In this document: piece by piece, positions 39,441 through 49,404 of the stretch | Numbering within the stretch: position 1 is the first letter of the stretch | How the letters are laid out: each line of letters begins with the position of its first letter | NCBI GenBank assembly: GCA_046482545.1 | Contig: JAWOEX010000010.1 | Coordinates: forward strand, 128,001-192,000 | Source: Candidatus Thorarchaeota archaeon | GTDB taxonomy: Archaea > Asgardarchaeota > Thorarchaeia > Thorarchaeales > Thorarchaeaceae | Direction of reading: 5' to 3' | Length of the DNA stretch: 64,000 nucleotides | Notes under the pieces: model-generated | Told to the model about the DNA's origin: nothing | The model's input: only the letters and a program-made list of their open reading frames with translations | Database searches by the model: none | Translations under genes and position numbers: made by a program

Positions 39441-40565
39441 CTAGTTGAGCATATCAGGAACCGAGTAGCACCCACCATGCTCCTTTTCCAGTTTCTCCAA
39501 TTCTTCTTTTACTGTATCGCGTCCCATATCCTCGAGCATTTCGAACGGACCCTTAGGGAAATTCGCTCCCAATTTCATGGCTTTGTCGATATCATCCCTT
39601 GATGCTATGCCTTCATCCACAAGGATCATTGCTTCACGAATCACGGGAACAGCAATCCGCTTGACCAAGCGGTCGGGGTCAGCACCCTTTGGCGTGTCTT
39701 CCTCCTCTGTTTTACCAGAGTAGTCATAGAAACCCTGTTGTGTTTTAGTTCCCAAATGGCCTGCATCAACCAACTCTTTAAGACTCTCAGGCGGCTTGAA
39801 GCAATCCCCAAGCTCGCGATAGAGTGTATCCATCGTATGGTATGCGATGTCGAGGCCTACGAAGTCGCCCAGAGAGAACGGCCCAGCTGGAAACTTGCCT
39901 ATAGTTGTCATCGCATTGTCGATTTCTTCTTTCGTGGCGACACCATTTTCCTCCAAGAGGATGGCTTCCCGAAGTACTGGCATCAGTACGCGATTCACTA
40001 TGAAGCCCGGACTGTCTTTGGCAGTCACAGACTCTTTGCCCTGCTTCTTGCCGACTGCAATAGCTGTCTGAACAGTCTCGTCACTTGTTTCGTCACCAAC
40101 CACCACCTCCAAGAGTTTCATGGCTGCAACAGGTGAGAAATAATGCATACCAATGAACTTCTCTGGGCGATCTGTGGCAGTAGCCATCTCATTGATGCTC
40201 AGAGAAGAGGTATTTGTTGCTAAAATTGTGCGCTCTGGAGCCAGAGAATCGACCTTGGAAAAGACTTTCTTCTTGACCTCCATTTTCTCGAATATCGCCT
40301 CGATAACCAGATCTGCGTCCTTGACAGCCGTTTCGGTATCTGTGGTATAATCAATGCGACCCATCAAATCCTGGGCTTCCCCCAGCGAAAGCTTGCCCTT
40401 ATCGACACCTGTCATGACATCACTGCGAATACGTTCCATCGCCTTGTCAAGGGCTTCCTGTTCGATATCTACAAGGTGGACATCAAAGCCATGCCACGCC
40501 GACACATATGCAATACCGGAACCCATCAAACCTGAGCCGATTATTGCTATCTTGTTGACATTCAA
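39441..40565 (-). CDS. 3-hydroxyacyl-CoA dehydrogenase with duplicated C-terminal domain
   Basis: GSGLMGSGIA, TNTSS, GMHYFSP, PGFIVNR motifs. Confidence 0.95.
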   Translation of the reverse strand: MNVNKIAIIGSGLMGSGIAYVSAWHGFDVHLVDIEQEALDKAMERIRSDVMTGVDKGKLSLGEAQDLMGRIDYTTDTETAVKDADLVIEAIFEKMEVKKKVFSKVDSLAPERTILATNTSSLSINEMATATDRPEKFIGMHYFSPVAAMKLLEVVVGDETSDETVQTAIAVGKKQGKESVTAKDSPGFIVNRVLMPVLREAILLEENGVATKEEIDNAMTTIGKFPAGPFSLGDFVGLDIAYHTMDTLYRELGDCFKPPESLKELVDAGHLGTKTQQGFYDYSGKTEEEDTPKGADPDRLVKRIAVPVIREAMILVDEGIASRDDIDKAMKLGANFPKGPFEMLEDMGRDTVKEELEKLEKEHGGCYSVPDMLN

Positions 40566-40577
40566 TGATGTGACCCC

Positions 40578-40943
40578 CTACATTGCACTCGTCATGGCTT
40601 CGAGAATTAGATTGGCCAACGGATCGCTTTCATGGGCATTGCCGATTACTTCGAGTCGCCCATCCTTCATCGCTTGCCTGAAGTCAACCTCACCTGTAAA
40701 GATGCCAAGCAAAATCTCCGCATCAGCCTTGTAAATAACGTCTGGACTTGGATACTCACCTTCACGAAGCTCCATACCATCCTTAGTGACAACAATGTAC
40801 TGTGCGCCGGCCTCGGGAGTATAGACCTGGAGTATTTTACCCTGATAGGGGCCAACCCACTCCTTCACTCGCTCCTTTAGGCTGTCCTTCTCATTCACTT
40901 GGTGGAGAAAGAATTTGAAGAATTCTTGTAGTCGTTCTGCCAT
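40578..40943 (-). CDS. SCP2 sterol/lipid-binding domain protein
   Basis: PDV.Y.AD..L..I..G..D..AM..GRLEV.G pattern. Confidence 0.85.
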   Translation of the reverse strand: MAERLQEFFKFFLHQVNEKDSLKERVKEWVGPYQGKILQVYTPEAGAQYIVVTKDGMELREGEYPSPDVIYKADAEILLGIFTGEVDFRQAMKDGRLEVIGNAHESDPLANLILEAMTSAM

Positions 40944-40945
40944 GT

Positions 40946-41224
40946 TCAGTCCTCCTCCTCCTTAGCAATCCACTCATCTATGGCGTCATGCATCGCTTCA
41001 TGCACGGATGAGGCCCAGATGTCTCCTTTTCTTTCACGAACTGTTTCTAGGAATTTGTCATACTTTTCGCCTTTCATCAACACCACTACTCGTCCCTTGC
41101 GATCGTCGACGAAGGCCTGATGCGCCATCTTCTTGCTTCGCCAGTATTCATGTTCCACATCGTCTTTGTCGAGACGTGGATAGAACGGCCACTCTCCACT
41201 TGGATGATCTCTGTATTTCGCCAT
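40946..41224 (-). CDS. Small protein with C-terminal ribbon-helix-helix-like segment
   Basis: ATG 41224 overlaps the upstream TAA (TAATG); VVVLM..EKYDKF..AM.DAI.EWI. Confidence 0.7.
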   Translation of the reverse strand: MAKYRDHPSGEWPFYPRLDKDDVEHEYWRSKKMAHQAFVDDRKGRVVVLMKGEKYDKFLETVRERKGDIWASSVHEAMHDAIDEWIAKEEED

Positions 41225-41490
41225 TAGCTCAACCTCCATTTCTTTACTAAATCGCCTTCTGCTTCTATGAAACCTGGCATAAATGGCCATTGCACGACGT
41301 ATCTCATGCCTTTGACGCCATCAACTTCACCGCGTGACCATCTGCCAGTATAGACGCGTCCACCGGTACCAGAAACCCATCTACCCATGACAACCTCAAT
41401 AAGACCTTCTAGACTCAGATTGGCTTCTTCAGCTCGTTCTTTCAGTTTCTCCTTAATTTCTTTGTCAAAATCAACTTTCACGATTGTCAC
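41224..41490 (-). CDS. Small protein with N-terminal ribbon-helix-helix-like segment
   Basis: IVKVDFDKEIKEKLKERAEE..LSL..LI..VM.RW; overlaps the nitroreductase stop. Confidence 0.75.
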   Translation of the reverse strand: MTIVKVDFDKEIKEKLKERAEEANLSLEGLIEVVMGRWVSGTGGRVYTGRWSRGEVDGVKGMRYVVQWPFMPGFIEAEGDLVKKWRLS

Positions 41491-42260
41491 TCCTCCCTGA
41501 AAGCTAGACGGGTATACGGATTACCCCAACGCTCTTCGTACATTACACCTTCAAGCGGGGGCCGACTGGGACCCAGTTCTCGCATTCTCTCAGGCACGCC
41601 CAAGCTGAAGGCAGTCAGTGGTTTCCATATAGGAGGTATACCAAGCCGATCCCTTACCAGCTCTGCATGTCTCGGATCTGAGCAGACAAGGGCGTCATAG
41701 GCACAACAATAACCTAGTTCGGTTGCAACCAACCACATATTCTGAACAGCCATTCCTGCCACCACAGAACCAAACAAATCCAGTGGATACGTATAATTCG
41801 CATCGTGCCAACTCTCACTGGCACAGACTACTATGGTTACATCGCTATCCTCAGGGTAACGGAATAACTCACCATCCCTTAGTCTGCTGTATACTGATGC
41901 CCGATATGGATCGTTGATAAACCAGTTTCTTCCACTTGTGAGCTCAAAAGGAGCTCCGCCAAAGGCGGTCTGCGCCATTTCCTGAGCAATATCAGCTAGG
42001 AATTCCTTTGTCTCTTGGTCATCTCGGATAACCACAAATCGAATCATAAGCATGTTCTCGGGGCTCGGGGCATGTCGAGCTGCATCCAATATCATCTCCA
42101 CATGCTCATCCGGGATTCGCTCTCCTGTCATTCGTCGAATAGATCGACGTTTTTTGATTAATTCAACAGCGCTGAGTTTCTCCATCGTTTCAGGAGATTC
42201 TTCCGACTCAGAGTCTGTTTCAAATTTCTCTGTTGCACTTCCTGCCATTCTTTTGCACAT
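41487..42260 (-). CDS. Nitroreductase family protein
   Basis: RRSIR, APS.EN, AVQNMWLVATELG motifs; start uncertain. Confidence 0.9.
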   Translation of the reverse strand: MCKRMAGSATEKFETDSESEESPETMEKLSAVELIKKRRSIRRMTGERIPDEHVEMILDAARHAPSPENMLMIRFVVIRDDQETKEFLADIAQEMAQTAFGGAPFELTSGRNWFINDPYRASVYSRLRDGELFRYPEDSDVTIVVCASESWHDANYTYPLDLFGSVVAGMAVQNMWLVATELGYCCAYDALVCSDPRHAELVRDRLGIPPIWKPLTAFSLGVPERMRELGPSRPPLEGVMYEERWGNPYTRLAFREE

Positions 42261-42680
42261 CCTGCTATGTAGTTCTTATCTTCCTCTATTGTCGTATGGC
42301 GGTTTAAATCTATTACGAGCGGCAAAAAAGAAATCACTTTCAAGCAAAAATGGACAATAGAATTATCTGCTCCTGTGCAAAAAGCCTAGAAGTCGTCATA
42401 CTAGGCTAAGATAACTGAATCAAATAGGTTTTCAAAGTGACTGTTAGCCGTGCAGTCAATCCAGCTGATGTCTCATGAATACACTGGTATGAAGTATTAG
42501 CTCAATTGTTCTGTGTGTATTTGCTAGATATTCGCCATACCATACAAGCTCACTTATGCCGCTCACGATTGTCCAAGATGAAGCGCTGGTATTCTCCCGG
42601 AACACACAGCGCTTCATGTGTTATAGAGAGGAGCGGTAACGCTCCTTCTCGCCTCTCTAGAAAATTAATCAACTCTCAAA

Positions 42681-43748
42681 CTAGAGACCAATACAATCGA
42701 GATTGATATTCTCGCCAATAATTTTCTCAACAGCGCGGATTTTCTTCTTGTTTTCTGTTGAGACTGTGCCAACCAAATCATCGACTATCTTGCCTGTTGT
42801 GTACGTATCATGAGCGGTCATCATGATAGGCACGCCTTTTTCTTTTGCCTTAGATATAGTCCGGATATCGGGTCCTAAACCTCCCGTTAGAATCAGCAGA
42901 TTTGTGTCAGTTTCCAGGGCCGCTAAGCAGATATCCGATCTATCGCCCCCAGCAATGACTGCCTTGTCTTTGGCACGCCTAAACCACTTCAATGCATGTT
43001 GGTAACCCATTGAACCAATCTGAAACTGATCGATGAGTATGTCCTCCTTGTCTTCACCAAAAAGCATCTCGCCATCAAGAGCCCGCTTTATCTGCCCGAG
43101 ACTGGGGCTGAAGAGTTCACGGTGCTTGTATACAACTCCACAGAATTCTACTCCTTGTTCTTGCAAGAAAGGTATGATATCTTCGGTCACAGCCGATTTC
43201 AGCATCGGGGGAACCATGTTTAGAACAACGCTGATAGAATCGATACCATGTTGTTTAAAGAGATCCCGCTGGAGGAACACATCATCGATAGCTGAGATAT
43301 CAGGAAAATTGACTAGACAAATCACGCGACAATTGAACTCTTTGGCAATCTGAGGCGTTGAAAGCCCAACGTGAAGCAGATGCCATGGAGCCTTCGTCCC
43401 TTCCAATAAGACATAGTCCTTGCCTTCCGCTGCTTGCTTGTAGCAACGCCGTATTTCATCTAGGAGTTTATCATGACCTATCCTGATCAATTCATCATAG
43501 CTGGAGTGAGTCCGTACGACTGGGCAGATGCAACCCAAATCAACAGAGAGTTCGAGAACATCCTTCATGACGACTGCGTCCTCGTCAACGTCGATATCAA
43601 GGGTGCGACTCTGCTCGAAACTCTTCTTACCAACTGGTTTGAAATAGCCAACTGAATTGCCTTTATCATGTAGATTTGACGCTAATGCTAAGGCAACCAT
43701 TGTTTTCCCAGTGAGAGTCTGGCCGCTAATCATGATGTTTTCTGCCAT
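42681..43748 (-). CDS. BioD-like/DRTGG domain protein (phosphotransacetylase N-terminal-like)
   Basis: GKT, YFKPVG, GGDRSDI, LTGG motifs. Confidence 0.9.
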   Translation of the reverse strand: MAENIMISGQTLTGKTMVALALASNLHDKGNSVGYFKPVGKKSFEQSRTLDIDVDEDAVVMKDVLELSVDLGCICPVVRTHSSYDELIRIGHDKLLDEIRRCYKQAAEGKDYVLLEGTKAPWHLLHVGLSTPQIAKEFNCRVICLVNFPDISAIDDVFLQRDLFKQHGIDSISVVLNMVPPMLKSAVTEDIIPFLQEQGVEFCGVVYKHRELFSPSLGQIKRALDGEMLFGEDKEDILIDQFQIGSMGYQHALKWFRRAKDKAVIAGGDRSDICLAALETDTNLLILTGGLGPDIRTISKAKEKGVPIMMTAHDTYTTGKIVDDLVGTVSTENKKKIRAVEKIIGENINLDCIGL

Positions 43749-43752
43749 CTGA

Positions 43753-45867
43753 TCACCCACTGATTGTGATTTTGACATCGACTGCTGTCACTCCTTCATT
43801 CTGTTCATAAGCAAAGACCGGATTGATATCTAGCTCCACGATATCATTGAAATCCGTTACCAGTTGGCTGATACGCAGAATTGTATCTTGAAGGGCTTTA
43901 ATATCACTTGGCGGCTCTCCCCTAACACCCTTGAGTAAAGTAGATATCTTTGTCTCGTCAATCAAAGCAGTGGCATCGGTTCGGGTCATCGGAGCCAGCC
44001 GGAAAGCCACATCCTCCAAGAAGTTGACATAGACACCTCCCGCACCAAACATAATAAGAGGGCCGAATTGAACATCCCTTGAGCAACCAACTATCAGCTC
44101 CCTACCCTCTTCAGCCATTTCCTGTACATCAACACCATAGATTATAGCTTTGGGTCTGCCTTCTCGAGCATTCTCGATAATCTCTAGGAAAGCTTCCTCG
44201 ACTTCCTCCGGTGTCTCAAGACCAACCTCGATACCACCAACATCGCTCTTGTGAACTATGTCAGGACTTGCAATCTTGAGTACTACTGGATAACCGAGTT
44301 CCTCAGCTATTTGCTTTGCTTCTTCCGGACTCGTTGCTAGCTTAATCCTAGCTACGGGGATTCCATATGCCTCTGCTATTGCATGCGCTTCATTTCCAAG
44401 AAGAACCCGTCTCTCATCTTCGCGTACTTTTCCAATTATCTCCTCAACAGTCTCTTTATCAACGTCGAATCTTGGTGAAGTTTCGTCCTTTAGGCTATCA
44501 CGAAGCACGGTGTAGTGATATAGCTCAGCGATTGCATTGACTGCCCGTTCAGGGAAATCAAATACTGGAATGCCAGCATCATTCAGAACAATTCTTGGAT
44601 AGACCATCGAATTCCCACCCATAAACACCGTTAGGATTGGCTTTTCAGGGAACTTCTTATGGGTCTCCACCACTGCCTGTGCTGTTTCCGCCTCCTTGGT
44701 CATGGCCTGCGGGGTCAGTAGAACAATGACTGAGTCAACATTGGGATCACGTAAAGCCGCTTCCATACATAAAGTGTAGTCCTCAGGTTGAGCAGTTCCT
44801 AGAGCATCAATTGGATTATACAGAGCAGCTGCTGGTGGCAGATGCTCTTTTAGAAAATCTATCGTTTCGGAAGAGAACTGAACAACATCCAGACCCATCG
44901 CTTCGCAAGCATCGGTAGTGATAATACCTGGACCCCCTGCATTGGTGATGATTGCAACTCGTTTACCTGCAGGCAAGCCCATGTCATCATACACATTTGC
45001 TATATCAAAAAGCTCGGACATGCTTTCGGCACGGATTACACCACACTGTTTGAAAGCTACAGTGTAAGCTGTATCACTTCCAGCAAGCGAACCTGTATGA
45101 GAAGATGCTGCTCGAGCACCAGCTTCACTAACACCAGATTTGACAACAAAGACTGGCTTCTTCTTTACTACTCCTTTTGCGACCTCCATAAAGCGCCGTC
45201 CGTCGACCACGTTTTCAATATACAGTAGAATAAAATGGGAATCCGGATCGTCACCGAAAGCTTCGAGGAAATCAGCTTCATCGAGCAGTGCTTTGTTCCC
45301 AAGACTCACAAATTTGGAAAAGCCAATCTTCTCCATTAATGAATAATCGAGAATCCCTGTCATGAGAGCACCAGACTGAGAAGCAAAAGCGATGATGCCC
45401 GTTTCAGGTGTCCCAGCAGCAAATGATGCATTATAGGGTTCACTGGTGTTAATAATACCCAAGCAGTTGGGACCCTGCAGCACCATGCCGTATTCCTTGG
45501 CAATCTCTACCATTTTCCGCTCAGCCTCTTGGCCTTCATGTCCCACTTCTTTGAAACCAGCGGTTATGACAACAAGAGCTTCAACGCCCTTTTCGCCACA
45601 TTCCTTAACGACTTCGAGCACGAAACGAGCCGGGATTACAATTACTGCAACATCCACATCGCCCGGTATATCGCCAACTGACCTGAAGACCTGCAAACCC
45701 AGTATTTCCCCGCCCTTTGGATTCACAGGATAGATGCGCCCCTCGTAGCCGCTGTCAAGTAGATTCTGCACAACGGAATTACCGAGTTTTCCCTTTGTAG
45801 CTGAAGCTCCAATAACAGCTATCGAATTAGGACGAAATAGAGTGTCAATACCTTCTTGCTTGTCCAT
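43753..45867 (-). CDS. acdAB: ADP-forming acetate/acyl-CoA ligase, fused alpha-beta
   Basis: GPNCLG, SQSGA, SHTGSLAG, NAGGPG, HKSDVGG, DINP motifs. Confidence 0.95.
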   Translation of the reverse strand: MDKQEGIDTLFRPNSIAVIGASATKGKLGNSVVQNLLDSGYEGRIYPVNPKGGEILGLQVFRSVGDIPGDVDVAVIVIPARFVLEVVKECGEKGVEALVVITAGFKEVGHEGQEAERKMVEIAKEYGMVLQGPNCLGIINTSEPYNASFAAGTPETGIIAFASQSGALMTGILDYSLMEKIGFSKFVSLGNKALLDEADFLEAFGDDPDSHFILLYIENVVDGRRFMEVAKGVVKKKPVFVVKSGVSEAGARAASSHTGSLAGSDTAYTVAFKQCGVIRAESMSELFDIANVYDDMGLPAGKRVAIITNAGGPGIITTDACEAMGLDVVQFSSETIDFLKEHLPPAAALYNPIDALGTAQPEDYTLCMEAALRDPNVDSVIVLLTPQAMTKEAETAQAVVETHKKFPEKPILTVFMGGNSMVYPRIVLNDAGIPVFDFPERAVNAIAELYHYTVLRDSLKDETSPRFDVDKETVEEIIGKVREDERRVLLGNEAHAIAEAYGIPVARIKLATSPEEAKQIAEELGYPVVLKIASPDIVHKSDVGGIEVGLETPEEVEEAFLEIIENAREGRPKAIIYGVDVQEMAEEGRELIVGCSRDVQFGPLIMFGAGGVYVNFLEDVAFRLAPMTRTDATALIDETKISTLLKGVRGEPPSDIKALQDTILRISQLVTDFNDIVELDINPVFAYEQNEGVTAVDVKITISG

Positions 45868-46015
45868 TGGTTTGAACCACCCACAGCGGTTTGATTCACA
45901 GATATTGGCTTTATGATTACAGTTATAGCTTATGCTATAGCTTCACATTACCAACCGTGTATTACTTACAGTCATATCCTAAGGATATCGTTGTGTGGTC
46001 TAGGTGAATACCAAC

Positions 46016-46156
46016 ATGAAGTTAGTAACTCTCCACGTACCCGAGACATACATAGCTGGTCTAGAGAAGTTGGTGGATAGTCAGCTTTATCCCAATAGGT
46101 CGGAAGCAATTCGAATCGCTATCCGAGATCTCCTCAAGCGCGAGCTTTGGGGTTAG
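46016..46156 (+). CDS. 46-aa ribbon-helix-helix regulator (CopG/CdrS-like), not in ORF track
   Basis: MKLVTLHVPETYIAGLEKLVDSQLYPNRSEAIRIAIRDLLKRELWG; AGGTGA RBS upstream. Confidence 0.9.
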   Translation: MKLVTLHVPETYIAGLEKLVDSQLYPNRSEAIRIAIRDLLKRELWG

Positions 46157-46261
46157 ACAACTCGCCTCTGGCCGTTCCTAGCAGCCAAGATGAAACGCCA
46201 ATAGATAGTGTAGTTCACATCTGTCCACATCAAAGAGCAACTCGTGCTTGAGACTATGAAG

Positions 46262-46296
46262 TCCTGGGCACAGACCCAGGATTACTACTTTTCTTT
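46262..46296 (+). terminator. Stem-loop plus T-rich tract
   Basis: TCCTGGG/CCCAGGA stem then ACTTTTCTTT. Confidence 0.45.
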
Positions 46297-47053
46297 GTGT
46301 GGAATAGTGACCAAAGGTACAAGATTTCTGGGAAGATTTCCTGTTAGATTCCATATCAAGTCTAATCAGTTAGCAAGAATGGAGTAATTGCCCCATTTCT
46401 TGTTTTCGAATAGTTATCTTTGCATAATCTTGGCTAATCTACCAGTCAATTCTAGTCGACAGTCCACATCTGGCCCGATAGTGAATCCTTGAGGTTACAT
46501 GGCATATACTGCTGGCTTTGTTGAAGAGGTGTCCTCTTTCTTGACCACCTAGTCAAACATTTTCGCTATGATGTCCATTTTCACAGATTTATTCTAATGC
46601 AATCGCCTTGTGAAGGTGGCAACTGGTGAATTCGTATACAAGAATATCTGAAGCGTTCTCATAGTTTCCCGCTGCAATTCCTGCAATTTGTATGGCCTTG
46701 GCAAGCATTGACTAAACGGATATTTCATTGTAATCCGTCAGGTCCCCTGATCCTATGTTACCTGCTCTAGGAGAGCCAATAGTCCGTTTTTCGGTCAGCT
46801 GATTCCCTCCAAAATAGCACTATGTACACCCGTACATAGTACACCAATCCAAAATAATCCACTCTGTGCTCTCTAAATAATGAACGAAAATAGCAATTAG
46901 CCAGTCTTGAAAAGCCACCGCTCTTCCATGAGAATACAGGGAATTGAATCCACAACATCGACAGTATTGCTCAGCGTACGCGTTTCATTATGAATAACGG
47001 ACGAAACCTAAGGTTTCTTATCCAAAGAGACACTTTCCGGCTTCTTTGTTGAT

Positions 47054-47216
47054 GACAGAAGCAGGAAGCCAGAAGAGATACTCTCTTGATAAACATGTAC
47101 AAAGCCTCTGGTAACTCAAGGAGCAAGGGCACCCTTGAGGGCAGCGACCCTAGCACGGGAAGGGTGGAACATAGAAATTCTCCAATTTGCTTTCACTCAA
47201 GTATAATGAATAGGTC
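47054..47216 (+). repeat. Degenerate partial copy (3' third) of the structured repeat
   Basis: GACAG..AGGAAGCCAG..ACAAAGCCTCTG..CTCAAGG..GGGAAGGGTGGAACA..TTCACTCAA, colinear with the 53.3-54.4 kb units. Confidence 0.75.
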
Positions 47217-47240
47217 AGAAGAAATGTTATTACAAGATAG

Positions 47241-48275
47241 TTGTTTGTTGAACGTGCGAAGCTTCAACAACTAGGAGCGTGTAGCTACATAGGTTCCGAT
47301 ATACCCAGTAAGTCTGATAAAATAGCTAAGCGGCTGGGAAGACGAAGTCAACCGGAATCTTTGGTGAGTGGTTGCCCCTGTTACAAAGAGTTTGGTGATG
47401 AGAGAGTTTGTTTAAACAACGATGATGTAGTTCAAATCAATCCCATCTCAGTTGCCACCTCATTTTTCCCCAGTATTGATTCATTCGAAAACTTGCAAGA
47501 CCTCAAGAGCGACAAAGATAACGTTTGCTACTTGCTGGTATACTTGGATGAGGACAAAGACAAAGCATATTGTGTCAGCCAAGGAAAGAAACTCGTAATC
47601 AATGGAAATGATGTTCGTGCAGATGATCTTCGAGATGCACTTAGATTCGTTAATCTAGGCAGGAAATCCACAGATGGGGAAATATGTTCAACCTGTATGT
47701 ACAAGTATCTCATCACGCTTGGAGATGTATTTGAGGATGTACTATCCGAAGATGAACGAACAGAAATCATTGCAGACTATATCGAGGATATAGCCAATAG
47801 AATGGCACAAGACATGACTGGTGGAGATTTGGAGGGGCAAGAAACTGCGGATCAGGAGGAGTTCATCCAGATGCGAATTACGCAACTGATGGAACAGAGG
47901 GCAGACTGGGAAGAGTTGATTCGTAAGAAAAGATCTGAGGGAGCAGATGAAAAGCAAATTCGCCTCTTGGATAATTACAGACGGCTGAACAGGCTGGAAG
48001 CGACGTTCCTTTCTCAAGTGCATACCATGATTGGAACTGAAATCACTACCCTCGCACTGAATGCCCTTCGCATGATGATAGCAGTGGCAAAAGAGACAAC
48101 TGAAACATGTAATAGAATACGCAGTCTGACACACACTCTCACGGACAGCCGCAAGATGCCTGCTGATTTCGATCATCTACTGGAACCACATGCTGAGAGG
48201 AGAAGAAAAATCGAACACAGATTCGACAGGGTCGAACGGGTGCTGAGTGAGATAGAAATCCAGCAACATCGTTGA
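47241..48275 (+). CDS. Cys-rich hypothetical protein, paralog 1 (start uncertain)
   Basis: GCPCYK.FGDE..C, DN.CY, YCVSQG, EICS.C.YK shared with the next ORF. Confidence 0.85.
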   Translation: MFVERAKLQQLGACSYIGSDIPSKSDKIAKRLGRRSQPESLVSGCPCYKEFGDERVCLNNDDVVQINPISVATSFFPSIDSFENLQDLKSDKDNVCYLLVYLDEDKDKAYCVSQGKKLVINGNDVRADDLRDALRFVNLGRKSTDGEICSTCMYKYLITLGDVFEDVLSEDERTEIIADYIEDIANRMAQDMTGGDLEGQETADQEEFIQMRITQLMEQRADWEELIRKKRSEGADEKQIRLLDNYRRLNRLEATFLSQVHTMIGTEITTLALNALRMMIAVAKETTETCNRIRSLTHTLTDSRKMPADFDHLLEPHAERRRKIEHRFDRVERVLSEIEIQQHR

Positions 48276-48360
48276 GGTTTGTCCATCAGGAAACAGAATA
48301 TATTATACGGATGGATAGTGTACAATTAGATGAATCTTAGATTATTAGGGGCAGTATAGG

Positions 48361-49329
48361 GTGGATTCCAAGCTAATCGTCGGAAAAAACAAGAAAGAGA
48401 TTCAGGTTGTAAGAGGATGTCCGTGCTACAAGGTGTTCGGCGATGAGAATCTCTGCGTCAACGACGACGAAATTCTAGAAGTTGAGGTAATTGAAGTCGA
48501 TCCTTCACTTTTCTCCTTGCATGAAACGAAAGAAGACATGGAAGAAGAAATCGTCCACGAAGACAACATATGCTACTGCTCAGTCTACATGAATCCGGAG
48601 GATAACCGAGTTTACTGTGTATCCCAAGGCTGGCCACTACGGATACACGGAAGGTATGTACCTGCTGATGAGATGAGAGACGCTTTTCGATTTCTCTCCA
48701 CAAAAGACCTTTCAGCCCCGGCAGAAATCTGCTCAGAATGTATCTACAAGTTTCTGTTGACACTGAGTGATACCTATTCAACCGATATGACGAAGCAAGA
48801 ACAGACTGATGAAATCAAGGGATATGTAGACAAGTTCTCGCTTATGATAGCTGTCAAGCTCAGCCAAATGGAAGGTATGCAAACCATCGGCACAGAAGAT
48901 GATATCGATAAAGGCGTGGATTACCTCGCATTTTTACGGGGGTATCTTGTACAGCTCCTCGAACAGCAGCAATTCTGGAGCGAATTGCGAACCTCTTTGA
49001 AGGATGAAGGGACCGAAGAATGGTTGCTGGATTTGGTTGAGAAACGAGAAAAACTGGCACGGCTTGAGTATCAGTTCTACTCGCAGACTTTACAGCTTCA
49101 TCATATCGATGATTTCAATCTACTGGTTCGAAACTTAGAATTCATTCTCAAGACTGCTGGAGGTATCCTTAGCCTGAATCAGGAAATCCATTCGAAAATC
49201 AGATCCGAAGAGTTTCTTGAGAAGGCAGAAGGTGACAAACGACTTGACAAACTCGTAGCTTACGGGGAAAAATGCAGGGCGATTGAGCACAACTTTGCCA
49301 ATATACTTCAGATATTGAACAAGCTGTGA
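48361..49329 (+). CDS. Cys-rich hypothetical protein, paralog 2
   Basis: Same Cys pattern; helical C-terminal half. Confidence 0.88.
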   Translation: MDSKLIVGKNKKEIQVVRGCPCYKVFGDENLCVNDDEILEVEVIEVDPSLFSLHETKEDMEEEIVHEDNICYCSVYMNPEDNRVYCVSQGWPLRIHGRYVPADEMRDAFRFLSTKDLSAPAEICSECIYKFLLTLSDTYSTDMTKQEQTDEIKGYVDKFSLMIAVKLSQMEGMQTIGTEDDIDKGVDYLAFLRGYLVQLLEQQQFWSELRTSLKDEGTEEWLLDLVEKREKLARLEYQFYSQTLQLHHIDDFNLLVRNLEFILKTAGGILSLNQEIHSKIRSEEFLEKAEGDKRLDKLVAYGEKCRAIEHNFANILQILNKL

Positions 49330-49404
49330 CAATCTGTATCTGAAACAGAGAGCAATACAGAGATGCTCAGCGGAGATTTCTTGCCATTAGCCTTTTGCTA
49401 GAAT

